Shown: positions 12,031 to 21,551, numbered from the stretch's first letter. The stretch is 64,000 nucleotides of DNA from Ranitomeya imitator (GCF_032444005.1 NC_091285.1:424390001-424454000); one strand, 5' to 3'. Notes: a model not told the origin generated them from the sequence alone. Translations and numbers: made by a program.

Positions 12031-13649
12031 CCACAAATTAATAAAATTTGGTTTTACCCTGTTGACACAACACACTTTCATATTCTGATATACTCCACAC
12101 AACTTACACATAGCACCACATTACAAATTCATACACCAGTAAAACCAAAAGCATTATAATCTATACTATAAAACTATGCCTCTAGATAAATTCCTTCAGG
12201 GGTATAGTTTCTAAAATGGGGTTACTTGTGTTGGATTTCCACGGTTTAGGCACATCAAGGGCTCTGCAAACGTGACATGATACCCGCATACCATTCCATC
12301 AAAGTCTGCAATCCAAAACATCACTCCTTCTGAGCCCTGCCGTGCACCCAAACAGTGGTTTTCCCCCAACATATGGGGTATCAGCGTACCCAGGAGAATT
12401 GCACAACAACTTTACCTGTCCACTTTCTCCTTTTACCCTTATGAAAATAAAAACAATTGTTAATAAAAGATCATTTTTGGGGAAAAAATAGATTTTTTTT
12501 ATTTTTTATTTTCAAGCCTCTACATAATAAACTTCTATGAAGCACCTGGTTGTTCAAAGTGCTCACCACACAGCTAGATAAGTTCCTTAATGGATCTAGT
12601 TTCAAAAATGGGGTCACTTGTGAGGGTTTTCCAATGTTTAGGCATATCAGAGGCTCTTCAAGCGTGACATGGCGTCCGCTCTCAATTCCAGACAATTTTG
12701 CGTTCATAAGGTTAAAAGGTGCTCCTTCCCTTCTGAGCCCTGCCATGCACCTAAACAGTGGTTTTCTCTTACCCCATGACGGCACTAACGAGAGAGAGGG
12801 ATCCGCCCTCAGGGACAGGAAACCCACAGGTTAAAAAGGCGGGACCTCTCCTCCACCTCAGTTCGGTTTCCTGTCCCCGACGGGGATCCCACAACTCACC
12901 ATCCAGGAGTCCAGGGACCATCGGGCCGAGTTCAGGCAGCGGGGGGCCCTGCCACGGTTCAGGTGGATTCCTCCCTGAAGGCGCGTTCCGGGGTCGGCGG
13001 GCCTCGTGGATATGCGCGGAGGGGAGGCAGTGAAGAGGTTACCGAGCCTGCCTCTTCTCTTTTCAATGGAGTGGTCGGTAATAGGTAGCGGCGGCTACCT
13101 GGAGGTTTCCTCCGCCGGTCCATGAGGCGCACAGGGGGTGGTGACGCCGGTCACCGACAAGCGGCAAGACGCAGATTGCAGCGGCGGCTGCAGAAGCTCC
13201 GTCCCTCCTGTGAGCCGGCAAGTAGTGAGCGCGCGCGCGAGGTCCGGCAACTTACTGCGCAGGCGCTGGGGTCACTTCCGGGGTCGGCGCAAGGTACCTC
13301 TGGGTAAACCGGAAGTTACCTGGCGCCGCTCTGTCAGCATAAAAAGGGAAAAAAAGGGGCATACCGCTGCTCAGTAATTACCACCATGAGTGGAATAGAG
13401 CAGTCGGTGGAAGAAATTTCACAGGCCCCTGTGACAAAGAATCCGAAGGAGCGCCATTCGTCACGGAAACCTACGCAGCGCAGCAGCTCAGGATCCCAGC
13501 GCAGCAGAGGCTCTGGTGGATCCAGGAGGGAGACGGTGGTTCAAGTGGAGGAGGCATCCTCAAAGCCACAGCCGGTATCTTCCTCACATTAGGAGGGTAA
13601 GTGACCTCCGTGAAAGTGTATATTCTAATAGGGGTTTATTGTTTCCTAG

Positions 13650-14879
13650 GGAAAGAAATGCCAAGGGAAAAGTAAACATAAAGTGTGCCCACTTTGTTCA
13701 GCAGATTTGCCAGATTCGTGGGTTAAAAAACTCTGTGCGTCATGTATTAAGAACACCATTGATGAGGAGGCACCAAGTTTCACATCTGAATTAAAAGATT
13801 TAATTAAAACCCAAGTAGCAGACGCATTAAAAAGCGTAAAAAACCGTAAAAGAAAACATAAAGAAAAATCTCCAGATTACAGCTCCAGCGAGGGAGATAG
13901 TACGAGTGGGGACTCTGATAGCTCTACAGCTTCATCATCCTCCTCTGCATCTTCAGAAAGCGGTCGCAACTGTTTCCCAATAGATGAAACGGATGCGTTG
14001 GTGAAAATGGTTAGGGCGACAATGGGTCTGGCAGATACTCGTTCCAAAAAATCTGTACAAGATCTTATGTTTAGTGGCCTGGAACAAAAGAAGTACAGAG
14101 TGTTCCCATTAAATGAAAAAATTCAAGCCCTTATAAAAAAGGAGTGGAAAAGACCAGACAAAAAAGTACTGTTAACACCCAAAAGGAAATACCCATTTGA
14201 TGACCCAGCCTGCGCCTCATGGGGAAAAGCGCCAAAATTAGACGTCGCCATTGCGAAAGCCTCTAAAAAGTTCGCTCTGCCTTTTGAAGATATGGGGACC
14301 CTCAAGGAGCCTATGGATAAAAAGGCCGATGTCTTCCTAAAAGGGTCCTGGGAGGCCGCCAGCGGGGGGCTAAAACCCGGTATAGCTGCTACGTGTACAG
14401 CTAGAGCACTAATGGTCTGGCTGGATCATTTGGAGTCTCAATTAAAAAATAAAACCCCGAGAGAGTCTATACTAGACTCCGTGTCAGCGATGAAAGGGGC
14501 CGCTGCATATTTAGCAGATGCCTCAATAGACTCAGTTAGACTGACGGCAAGATCGGCTTCCTTCTCAAATGCGGCTAGGAGAGCATTATGGCTAAAGTGC
14601 TGGCCGGGGGACCTGCAAACTAAAGCTAAGTTGTGTTCCATTCCGTGTGAAGGTGAATATTTGTTCGGTCCCACCCTAGACGATGTCCTCGAAAAAGCGG
14701 TTGATAAAAAGAAAGCCTTTCCGGGATTCCTAAATCAATCTTATAGGCGGCCCTTTCGAGGAAGGAGGTTCACACAAAGACGCCCCCCAAAAAATCAAAA
14801 GGAGGGGTGGGAAGACAGAAAATTCAAAAGAGGAGGTTTCATGTTCAACAAGCCGGATAATAAAAAACAGCCACAATGA
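13650..14879 (+). CDS. DIRS gag-like ORF1 (N-terminal CxxC...CxxC); the true start probably comes from an upstream exon at 13386
   Basis: Open frame from GKKCQGKSKHKVCPLC...KLCASC to TGA at 14877-14879, preceded by a pyrimidine-rich AG at 13648-13649. Contains the conserved DIRS gag block ARRALWLKCWPGD..K.KLCSIP..GEYLFG. Confidence 0.85.
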   Translation, partial: GKKCQGKSKHKVCPLCSADLPDSWVKKLCASCIKNTIDEEAPSFTSELKDLIKTQVADALKSVKNRKRKHKEKSPDYSSSEGDSTSGDSDSSTASSSSSASSESGRNCFPIDETDALVKMVRATMGLADTRSKKSVQDLMFSGLEQKKYRVFPLNEKIQALIKKEWKRPDKKVLLTPKRKYPFDDPACASWGKAPKLDVAIAKASKKFALPFEDMGTLKEPMDKKADVFLKGSWEAASGGLKPGIAATCTARALMVWLDHLESQLKNKTPRESILDSVSAMKGAAAYLADASIDSVRLTARSASFSNAARRALWLKCWPGDLQTKAKLCSIPCEGEYLFGPTLDDVLEKAVDKKKAFPGFLNQSYRRPFRGRRFTQRRPPKNQKEGWEDRKFKRGGFMFNKPDNKKQPQ

Positions 14880-14883
14880 GGGT

Positions 14884-16776
14884 GTGCCCCAGGTAGGAGG
14901 GAGACTGACCCACTTTCTTCCAACCTGGGAAAAAATTTCTGGAAGTGCCTGGACTCTAAACATCATAAAGACGGGCCTAAAACTAAGCTTTCACACAATG
15001 CCACACAATCAGTTTGTGGTCACACCACGAAGAAAGTCAGAGATCGAGCAGCTGAGCATCCAGAGAGAAGTTCTCAGTCTTCTGGAGAAGAAAGTCTTAC
15101 AGGAAGTTCCACAACAGGAAGAGACGAGGGGGTTTTATTCTCCACTCTTTCTTCGAACAAAACCGGACGGAACTTTCAGAGTAATTATAAATTTAAAACA
15201 ACTAAACAGATACCTGATAATAGAAAAATTCAAAATGGAGACAATAAAATCATGTGTCAGATCCCTTATCCCGTCTTGTTTCATGACTGTTATAGACTTA
15301 AAGGACGCATACTATCATGTGTCAATCCATCCGGATTTCCGGAAATATCTCAGGGTTGCAGTAATGATACAAGGGGAACTGAAACATTACCAATACAAGG
15401 CTCTTCCGTTTGGTCTAGCCATTGCCCCGAGAGTATTCACAAAATTAATGGCGGAAGTAATGGCCCATATAAGGGAACAAAACATATTGATTGTGCCTTA
15501 TCTGGACGACCTCCTAGTGATGGGCAGTTCCTCTCTACATTGCAGCCAGCAACTAAACAGAGTGATGGTAGCCCTATCGAATCTAGGATGGTTTCTGAAC
15601 CTGGAAAAATCCAGGCTTATCCCATCTCAAGTACAGTTGTACTTGGGGATATTAATAGACTCAACAAAGCAAGAGTGTCGTCTGCCAGAAGAAAAAGTAT
15701 CCAACATGATACATCTAGTGAATCAGTTGAGTATCTCTCCTCTGATCTCTCTAAGGAGAGCCATGTCCATACTGGGATCAATGACATCCTGTATCCCAGC
15801 GGTACAGTGGGCTCAGAGCCACTCGAGAGATCTCCAGTGGGAAATACTAGAGGCGGTATCCCACGCAGGAGGAAATTTAGAAAAGCAATTAAAAATATCC
15901 TCTCGGACAAAAACTTCCTTAGCTTGGTGGACAGACCCGTCCAATCTCAGGAGGGGGGTTCCATGGGTATGGCCGGTCTCGATAATCCTGACCACAGACG
16001 CAAGCCCTTGGGGGTGGGGGGCCCACCTAAACAGGCAAATTGCCCAAGGTCCTTGGTCAGTAGAAGAAAAAGACCTTACTTCAAACATGAAGGAGCTTTT
16101 AGCAGTTCAGTACGCCATCAATCATTTTTTAACTTCCCTCCGTTCCCACCACGTGAGAGTACTGACGGACAACAGGGTGGTAGTAGCATATTTAAACCAT
16201 CAGGGAGGGACGAGGTCTCAATCCCTAATGAAAGTGACAAATTTCATCATGTCACAAGCAGAAGCCAACTTGTCCTCCCTGACAGCCCTTCACATAAAAG
16301 GGTCAGAAAATCAAACTGCAGATTTTCTAAGCAGAACCCAATTAAAACAGGGGGAATGGGAGTTAAATACAAGTATATTCAAACGCATAGTGGATCTTTG
16401 GGGGGCCCCGGATATAGATCTATTTGCAAACAATCAAAATCGGAAAACGGAGGCCTTCTGCTCGATAGATCCTCGGGGGAGTCCAGTGGCCATAGACGCG
16501 TTGTTAATTCCATGGAAATTCCATCTAGCTTATGTGTTTCCTCCGATAGCTCTAATTCCCTTAGTCTTGAAGAAAATCAGGGAAGACAGAGCCAAAGTGA
16601 TACTGATAGCTCCGTTCTGGCCGAAAAGAGTATGGTTCCCATGGCTACGCCTAATGTCCATAGCGGATCCATGGGTACTCCCAGATATCCCAGACCTTCT
16701 GCATCAAGGGCCAGTGAATCACCCTCAAATAAAAAGTTTGCACATGACGGCCTGGCTTTTGAAAGGGAACTGTTAA
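14884..16776 (+). CDS. DIRS reverse transcriptase - RNase H - adenine methyltransferase-like polyprotein (630 aa, uninterrupted)
   Basis: FYSPLF..KPDG.FR.IINLK, IDLKDAYYH, LPFGL..APRVFTK, YLDDLL, TDASPWGWGA, N.KEL.AV, TDN..VVAYLN.QGG, DIDLFA, AYVFPP, LIAPFWP. Confidence 0.95.
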   Translation: MPQVGGRLTHFLPTWEKISGSAWTLNIIKTGLKLSFHTMPHNQFVVTPRRKSEIEQLSIQREVLSLLEKKVLQEVPQQEETRGFYSPLFLRTKPDGTFRVIINLKQLNRYLIIEKFKMETIKSCVRSLIPSCFMTVIDLKDAYYHVSIHPDFRKYLRVAVMIQGELKHYQYKALPFGLAIAPRVFTKLMAEVMAHIREQNILIVPYLDDLLVMGSSSLHCSQQLNRVMVALSNLGWFLNLEKSRLIPSQVQLYLGILIDSTKQECRLPEEKVSNMIHLVNQLSISPLISLRRAMSILGSMTSCIPAVQWAQSHSRDLQWEILEAVSHAGGNLEKQLKISSRTKTSLAWWTDPSNLRRGVPWVWPVSIILTTDASPWGWGAHLNRQIAQGPWSVEEKDLTSNMKELLAVQYAINHFLTSLRSHHVRVLTDNRVVVAYLNHQGGTRSQSLMKVTNFIMSQAEANLSSLTALHIKGSENQTADFLSRTQLKQGEWELNTSIFKRIVDLWGAPDIDLFANNQNRKTEAFCSIDPRGSPVAIDALLIPWKFHLAYVFPPIALIPLVLKKIREDRAKVILIAPFWPKRVWFPWLRLMSIADPWVLPDIPDLLHQGPVNHPQIKSLHMTAWLLKGNC

Positions 16777-17786
16777 CAAAAAGGGGGTTTTCTTCAAATT
16801 TAATTTCTACCCTGCTGGCCAGTAGAAAACCTATAACTACCAGAGCCTACGGCAAAGTCTGGAAAAAGTTCCTCTCCACGTCAGGAGTTATCCTATCAAA
16901 TCAGATGCCAATTCAGGAAATCTTAGAATTTCTTCAAAAAGGTTTAGAGAAAGGCCTAGCAATAAATACTCTGAAGGTTCAGATTGCAGCATTGGGTGCC
17001 CTTTACAACCAGGATTTGGCGGGGAATCACTGGGTAAAAAGATTTGTTAGAGCATCTACTAGGTCCAGACCAGTTATACATCTCACCGCTCCTCCCTGGG
17101 ACCTGAACTTAGTCCTTTCAGCACTAACTAAAGCGCCGTTCGAACCTTTATCTCAGGCTTCACTAAAAATAATATCTTGGAAAACCTGTTTATTGGTGGC
17201 CCTAACCTCAGCTCGCAGGATTAGTGATCTGCAGGCCTTATCAGCCTACCCACCTCTAACACAAATATTAGATGACAGAGTAATCCTCAAAACTGACCCT
17301 TCTTACCTTCCCAAAGTGGCATCAAAATTCCACAGATCTCAAGAGATAGCGTTACCATCTTTTTGCCCCAATCCAAAAAACAAAAAAGAGGAGGCTCTAC
17401 ACACTCTAGATGTAAAGAGATGTCTAACACACTATCTATCAGCCACAAGGGAGTGTAGAAAAGGGAGGGCTCTGTTTGTCTGCTTTCAGGGACCAAATAA
17501 GGGTCACAAGGCATCGAAAGCCACGTTGGCGAGGTGGGTAAGAGATGCCATCAAGATGTCATATACCTCTTCCGGAGAACAAGCTCCGGACACAATTAAG
17601 GCCCATTCAACCAGGTCGGTGGCAACCTCTTGGGCTGAACGTGGTGGAGCATCAATAGATCAAATATGTAGAGCAGCCACTTGGTCTTCCCCCTCTACAT
17701 TCTTCAAGCACTATCAGCTTAATCTATCTTCTCCCTCAGACTTAACTTTTGGTAGGAGAGTTCTTGAGGCAGTAGTCCCACCCTAA
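15252..17786 (+). CDS. DIRS tyrosine recombinase ORF (844 aa; the first ~500 aa overlap the RT frame)
   Basis: YR catalytic residues are present: SARRISDL (R), AHSTRS (HxxR), ATWSS (W), FFKHY (Y). No stops. Confidence 0.93.
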   Translation: MCQIPYPVLFHDCYRLKGRILSCVNPSGFPEISQGCSNDTRGTETLPIQGSSVWSSHCPESIHKINGGSNGPYKGTKHIDCALSGRPPSDGQFLSTLQPATKQSDGSPIESRMVSEPGKIQAYPISSTVVLGDINRLNKARVSSARRKSIQHDTSSESVEYLSSDLSKESHVHTGINDILYPSGTVGSEPLERSPVGNTRGGIPRRRKFRKAIKNILSDKNFLSLVDRPVQSQEGGSMGMAGLDNPDHRRKPLGVGGPPKQANCPRSLVSRRKRPYFKHEGAFSSSVRHQSFFNFPPFPPRESTDGQQGGSSIFKPSGRDEVSIPNESDKFHHVTSRSQLVLPDSPSHKRVRKSNCRFSKQNPIKTGGMGVKYKYIQTHSGSLGGPGYRSICKQSKSENGGLLLDRSSGESSGHRRVVNSMEIPSSLCVSSDSSNSLSLEENQGRQSQSDTDSSVLAEKSMVPMATPNVHSGSMGTPRYPRPSASRASESPSNKKFAHDGLAFERELLTKRGFSSNLISTLLASRKPITTRAYGKVWKKFLSTSGVILSNQMPIQEILEFLQKGLEKGLAINTLKVQIAALGALYNQDLAGNHWVKRFVRASTRSRPVIHLTAPPWDLNLVLSALTKAPFEPLSQASLKIISWKTCLLVALTSARRISDLQALSAYPPLTQILDDRVILKTDPSYLPKVASKFHRSQEIALPSFCPNPKNKKEEALHTLDVKRCLTHYLSATRECRKGRALFVCFQGPNKGHKASKATLARWVRDAIKMSYTSSGEQAPDTIKAHSTRSVATSWAERGGASIDQICRAATWSSPSTFFKHYQLNLSSPSDLTFGRRVLEAVVPP

Positions 17787-17805
17787 AACTTTCATTCTTT
17801 GAAAT

Positions 17806-17887
17806 TCTCTCGTTAGTGCCGTCATGGGGTAAGAGAATATCGTAGTTACTTACCGATAACGGTATTTCTCTGAACCCATGACGGCAC
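17806..17887 (+). other. DIRS1 internal complementary region (ICR)
   Basis: Its reverse complement equals the right terminus joined to the left terminus (...GTAACTACGATA-TTCTC-TTACCCCATGACGGCAC). Confidence 0.95.
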
Positions 17888-17936
17888 CTGTATATTCCCT
17901 CCCTTCACGTATGGGTGTCCACACTACTTATAAATT

Positions 17937-18095
17937 NNNNNNNNNNNNNNNNNNNNNNNNNNNNNNNNNNNNNNNNNNNNNNNNNNNNNNNNNNNNNNNN
18001 NNNNNNNNNNNNNNNNNNNNNNNNNNNNNNNNNNNNNNNNNNNNNNNNNNNNNNNNNNNNNNNNNNNNNNNNNNNNNNNNNNNNNNNNNNNNNNN
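17937..18095. other. Run of N (159 nt), assembly gap or mask inside the DIRS1 3' region
   Basis: Directly visible. Confidence 0.99.
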
Positions 18096-20084
18096 ATACA
18101 GTTATATTTTGTTGTGTAAAAATAACCAATTAAGTTACAGCAGAAATTCCCTGCAAGGCTCTGTAAACCAACTGAGGTGGAGGAGAGGTCCCGCCTTTTT
18201 AACCTGTGGGTTTCCTGTCCCTGAGGGCGGATCCCTCTCTCTCGTTAGTGCCGTCATGGGTTCAGAGAAATACCGTTATCGGTAAGTAACTACGATATTC
18301 TCCCACATATGGGGTATCTGCGTACTCAGGAGAAATTGCGCAACATCTTTTGTGGTCCATTTTCTCTTTTTACCCTTGTAAAAATAAAAAAAAATTGTTG
18401 CTGAAAGATTTTTAGGACTAAAAGGTTAAATGTTCATTTTTTCCTTCCACGTTGCTTCAGCTCCTTGAAGGGTTAATAAACTTCTTGATTGTGGTTTTGA
18501 GTACCTTGAGGGGTTCAGTTTTTAGTATGGTGTCACTTTTCTGTCATATACTGTAGACCCCTCAAAGTGACTTCAAATGTGCGGTGGTCCCTAAAATTTG
18601 AGGAAATGAAAAATCGCTGGTCAACTTTTAACCCTTAGGCTGTGTGCACACACATTGCGGATTTGATTGAGGATCAGCAGCATTTTTTGCCGCGCGGAAT
18701 TGCATCAAATTCGCAGTGTGGTGCACAACCAATGTAAGTCTATGGGAACTGCAGACTTGATGTGCACATGCGGAAAAATGCGCACCAAAACGCAGCTTTT
18801 TTCCCGCAGCATGTCACTACTTTTGTGCGGAACTGCAGCGTTTCTGCACCCACAGACTTGCATGGAGTCCGGCACATCTGCAGCAAAACCGCAGATTTAG
18901 AAAAGATCTGCAGTTTTGCTGCGGATGTGGGTGCGAGAAACGCTGCAGTTCAGGAGAAGTGAAGTGTGTGGGCGGTGACTGTGTGCGTGTATGTGTGTGC
19001 GGGCGCGTCTGCGGGCTGTCCGAGGGTCTGTTGGGGAATCTGCATGGCTGTCTTTTTCTCCTACACCTCATTGGGGGACACAGGACCATGGGTGTTATGC
19101 TGCTGCCACTAGGAGGACACTAAGTAAACAAAAAGATTAACTCCTCCTCTGCAGTATACACCCCTTCACTGGCTACAATTTCACCAGTTCTTGCTTAGTG
19201 TCTGTAGGAGGCACTTGGGTCTGGTTTCAGGCCCCAACTTTATTATTTTAATTTTTATTTTAATTTTTAATTTTATTTTTTACCCAACGGAGTGAAGGGG
19301 GCGACGGATCCCTTTTATAGGGTCCGCTCTCCCCCGAACCAGCAACAGGCGAGCACGGCGAGTATACCTCCCCGTCCCTCTCCTGCGACGCTGGAGCACA
19401 CCAATATTTACTGGGGCGACGGTTTCCATATTGGCCCCGATCTCCCTTCCCCCCCCCTGCTGGACGGCGAGCACACAGAGCCCGCTCTGATGTACCTCTC
19501 CGAGGGCCCTACAGACTAGGCCCACTACATGGTGTTGTACATAGGCTATTCCAGCGCCCTGTATCAGACAGGCACAGCCGGAGTAGGCCGCTCCGGCGTT
19601 ACCTGAAGAGGCTCCGAATGTGAGTGGAACGCACAGGGGGACCGCCGACCGGAGGGCACTGTAAGTACACATCCCTCCGGCCCCCCGAAGCTCTAGGGAG
19701 GCGCCGGCGTTACTGCGGGAGTCCCTGGGGAGAGGTGTCGGGGGTCTGCGGTGTCAGCGACTCTTCTTGCCGCCGCCGGGCAGGCCGGAAATTTAGTCCC
19801 CGGCTTTTTCAGCCGGAGTAGGCCGCAAGTGGGCAGATCCCTCCCACGGCTGTAACCCCGCCCCCTATATCGGCACTTCTCGTCTGGGACGAGAGGCGCC
19901 CTGCAGATCTCGGGGGCCATATTGTTTTCCCTCTCTGCAAGGAGCACACGCGTCCTCCGGCACTCCAGGAACCGCCACGGCTAATTCCTCCCTGGGGACA
20001 CAGAGACAGGACCGTGGGTAAGCTGCTTCAAGAAAGCTTAACCCTTTCCCTGCGTATACTGCCCGCTCTGTCTTTAAAGGCACT

Positions 20085-21551
20085 ATGTCTCAATCCAAGG
20101 AGACAAAAAAGGGTAACAAGAAGCACACAGTGTTTTTCACTGTATGTGCCACTTGCAATACGGCCCTGCCCTGAGCTCACACTAACCCTTTGTGTGCGGA
20201 TTGTGTCCCGGCCTCCATGCAGCCGCCTTCCGCCGATACCGATGCCGCCGACCCTGTGGAGCCTAGTCTCCCTGAGTGGGCAGCTTCTCTGTCACGTTCT
20301 ATGGATTTTCTAGTCAGGGCGGTTGATTCCCTCCGGGGTCCCCCTTCAGGTCAGTCCGCGGTGGATTCGGGCGACGGTTCGGATCCGTCCACCAGCAGGG
20401 GGCGTACTCTATCTCCTCCTTCTCGGGGTTCCAGAAAACGGGTCCAGGTTTCATCCCCTGTCCATGGGCCAGTTGGTTTTTCAACGTCGACAGCCTCCGC
20501 CTCCCGGTCCCCTTCTCCAGACAACCCGAACGATTCTGAATGAGTCCGACGATTCCTGTGTTCAGGATCTCTCCCCCTCCCAAGAGATGCTCGACTCTCT
20601 CATCGAGGCGGTCAACCAGACCCTAAAGGTGACCGAGGAATCCGCATCCACGCCCGAACACGTGGTGTCGTTCAAAAAGACTAAACGTGTCCAAAAGGTT
20701 TTTGTCACTCATCCTGAGTTCAAGGAAATTGTACAAAAACATAGGGACCGTCCTGATAAACGCTTCATGGGTCAAAAGCCCATAGAGGCCCAATATCCCT
20801 TTTCTCAGGAACTAATCAAGGACTGGCTTCAGTCCCCCTCAGTCAACCCTGCTGTGTCACATCTCGCTTCCAAAACCATCCTGTCCCTGTCAGACGGCTC
20901 CTCTGTTAATCTGGCGGTCAGAGGGGTTCTTATCTGGCTCGCTCAGTCTTCGAGGCCACAGGAGCCTCTCTCTTCCCATCCTTCGTTGCCTCCTGGGTGG
21001 CTAAGGCTATGGTCGCTTGGGCCGAGACGCTTTCCTCGACCATGCAAGCTAGCAACTTACCTCCAGAAGCGATCAACCTGGCTAACCAGATAGCCCAGGC
21101 TGGGGACTTCGTAGTCAACGCCTCAATAGACGCAGCCAATTGCACTGCACAGGCAGCCGCAAATGCAATCTCCATTAGAAGAGCCCTGTGGCTCAGGGAT
21201 TGGCGAGCAGATTCGGCCTCCAAGCGCTCTTTGACGTCTCTGCCCTACCAGGCTGGTCATTTGTTTGGAGAAAAATTAGACCAAATGATCTCGGATGCCA
21301 CCGGGGGAAAAAGTAAATTTCTTCCCTAGCAAAAGCCTACCCGGCCATTTCGGTATCAACAACAACCCCGATTTCGGCTTTTTCGTAACAATACCAACTG
21401 GTCTTCTACTCCCTCTACCTCCGCATCAGGACGTGGCCCGCGCGGTGACCGAGGCTCCCAGGTCTCTTACAGACCTAACCATAATTGGAAACCCAGACCA
21501 AGACCTCCCGGGTCTAAGGGAGCCACTTCCCTTAGATCCTCCTCGCAATGA
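20085..21551 (+). pseudogene. DIRS2 gag-like ORF (disrupted)
   Basis: ATG 20085 MSQSKETKKG...CATC...LCADC, later AISIRRALWLRDWRAD...LFGEKLD; internal stops and frameshifts. Confidence 0.85.

Larger units (their letters stand above)
12764..18300 (+). mobile_element. DIRS1-like tyrosine-recombinase retrotransposon, element 1 (structurally complete)
   Basis: 91-bp ITRs that match by eye (12773-12863 / 18170-18260), ICR at 17806-17887 complementary to both termini, gag, RT-RH-MT and YR ORFs, and TTC(TC) shared at both junctions with no ordinary TSD. Confidence 0.96.
10279..18637 (+). mobile_element. piggyBac relic with transposase remnant; hosts DIRS element 1; right end missing
   Basis: TTAA-CCC at 10275-10281, transposase remnant, then the same ~390-bp units as the non-autonomous copies (12170-12763 and 18301-18637). 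Confidence 0.75.

Noticed and set aside
13650-14879. Host gene (DIRS gag is often auto-annotated as LAP2-alpha-like)
   Set aside because: It lies within DIRS termini, directly upstream of RT, and has decayed paralogues in DIRS2, 3 and 5.
14123-17514. Short antisense ORFs within DIRS1
   Set aside because: 60-97 aa shadows of the sense frames with no recognisable motifs.
14884-17786. Phage integrase or methylase suggesting contamination or horizontal transfer
   Set aside because: YR and MT sit in the standard DIRS layout with ITRs and ICR, inside frog repeats and a spliced host gene.
17878-18285. ORFs spanning N runs (also 27435-27825)
   Set aside because: Artefacts of undetermined bases.
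19095-19120. CTCF-like CCACTAGGAGGACA in DIRS2/3 ITRs
   Set aside because: About three mismatches to the core consensus; too weak to call.
19600-19625. Second hammerhead-like CTGAAGA...GAA in the DIRS2 leader
   Set aside because: It reads GAAT rather than GAAA and has no usable helices.
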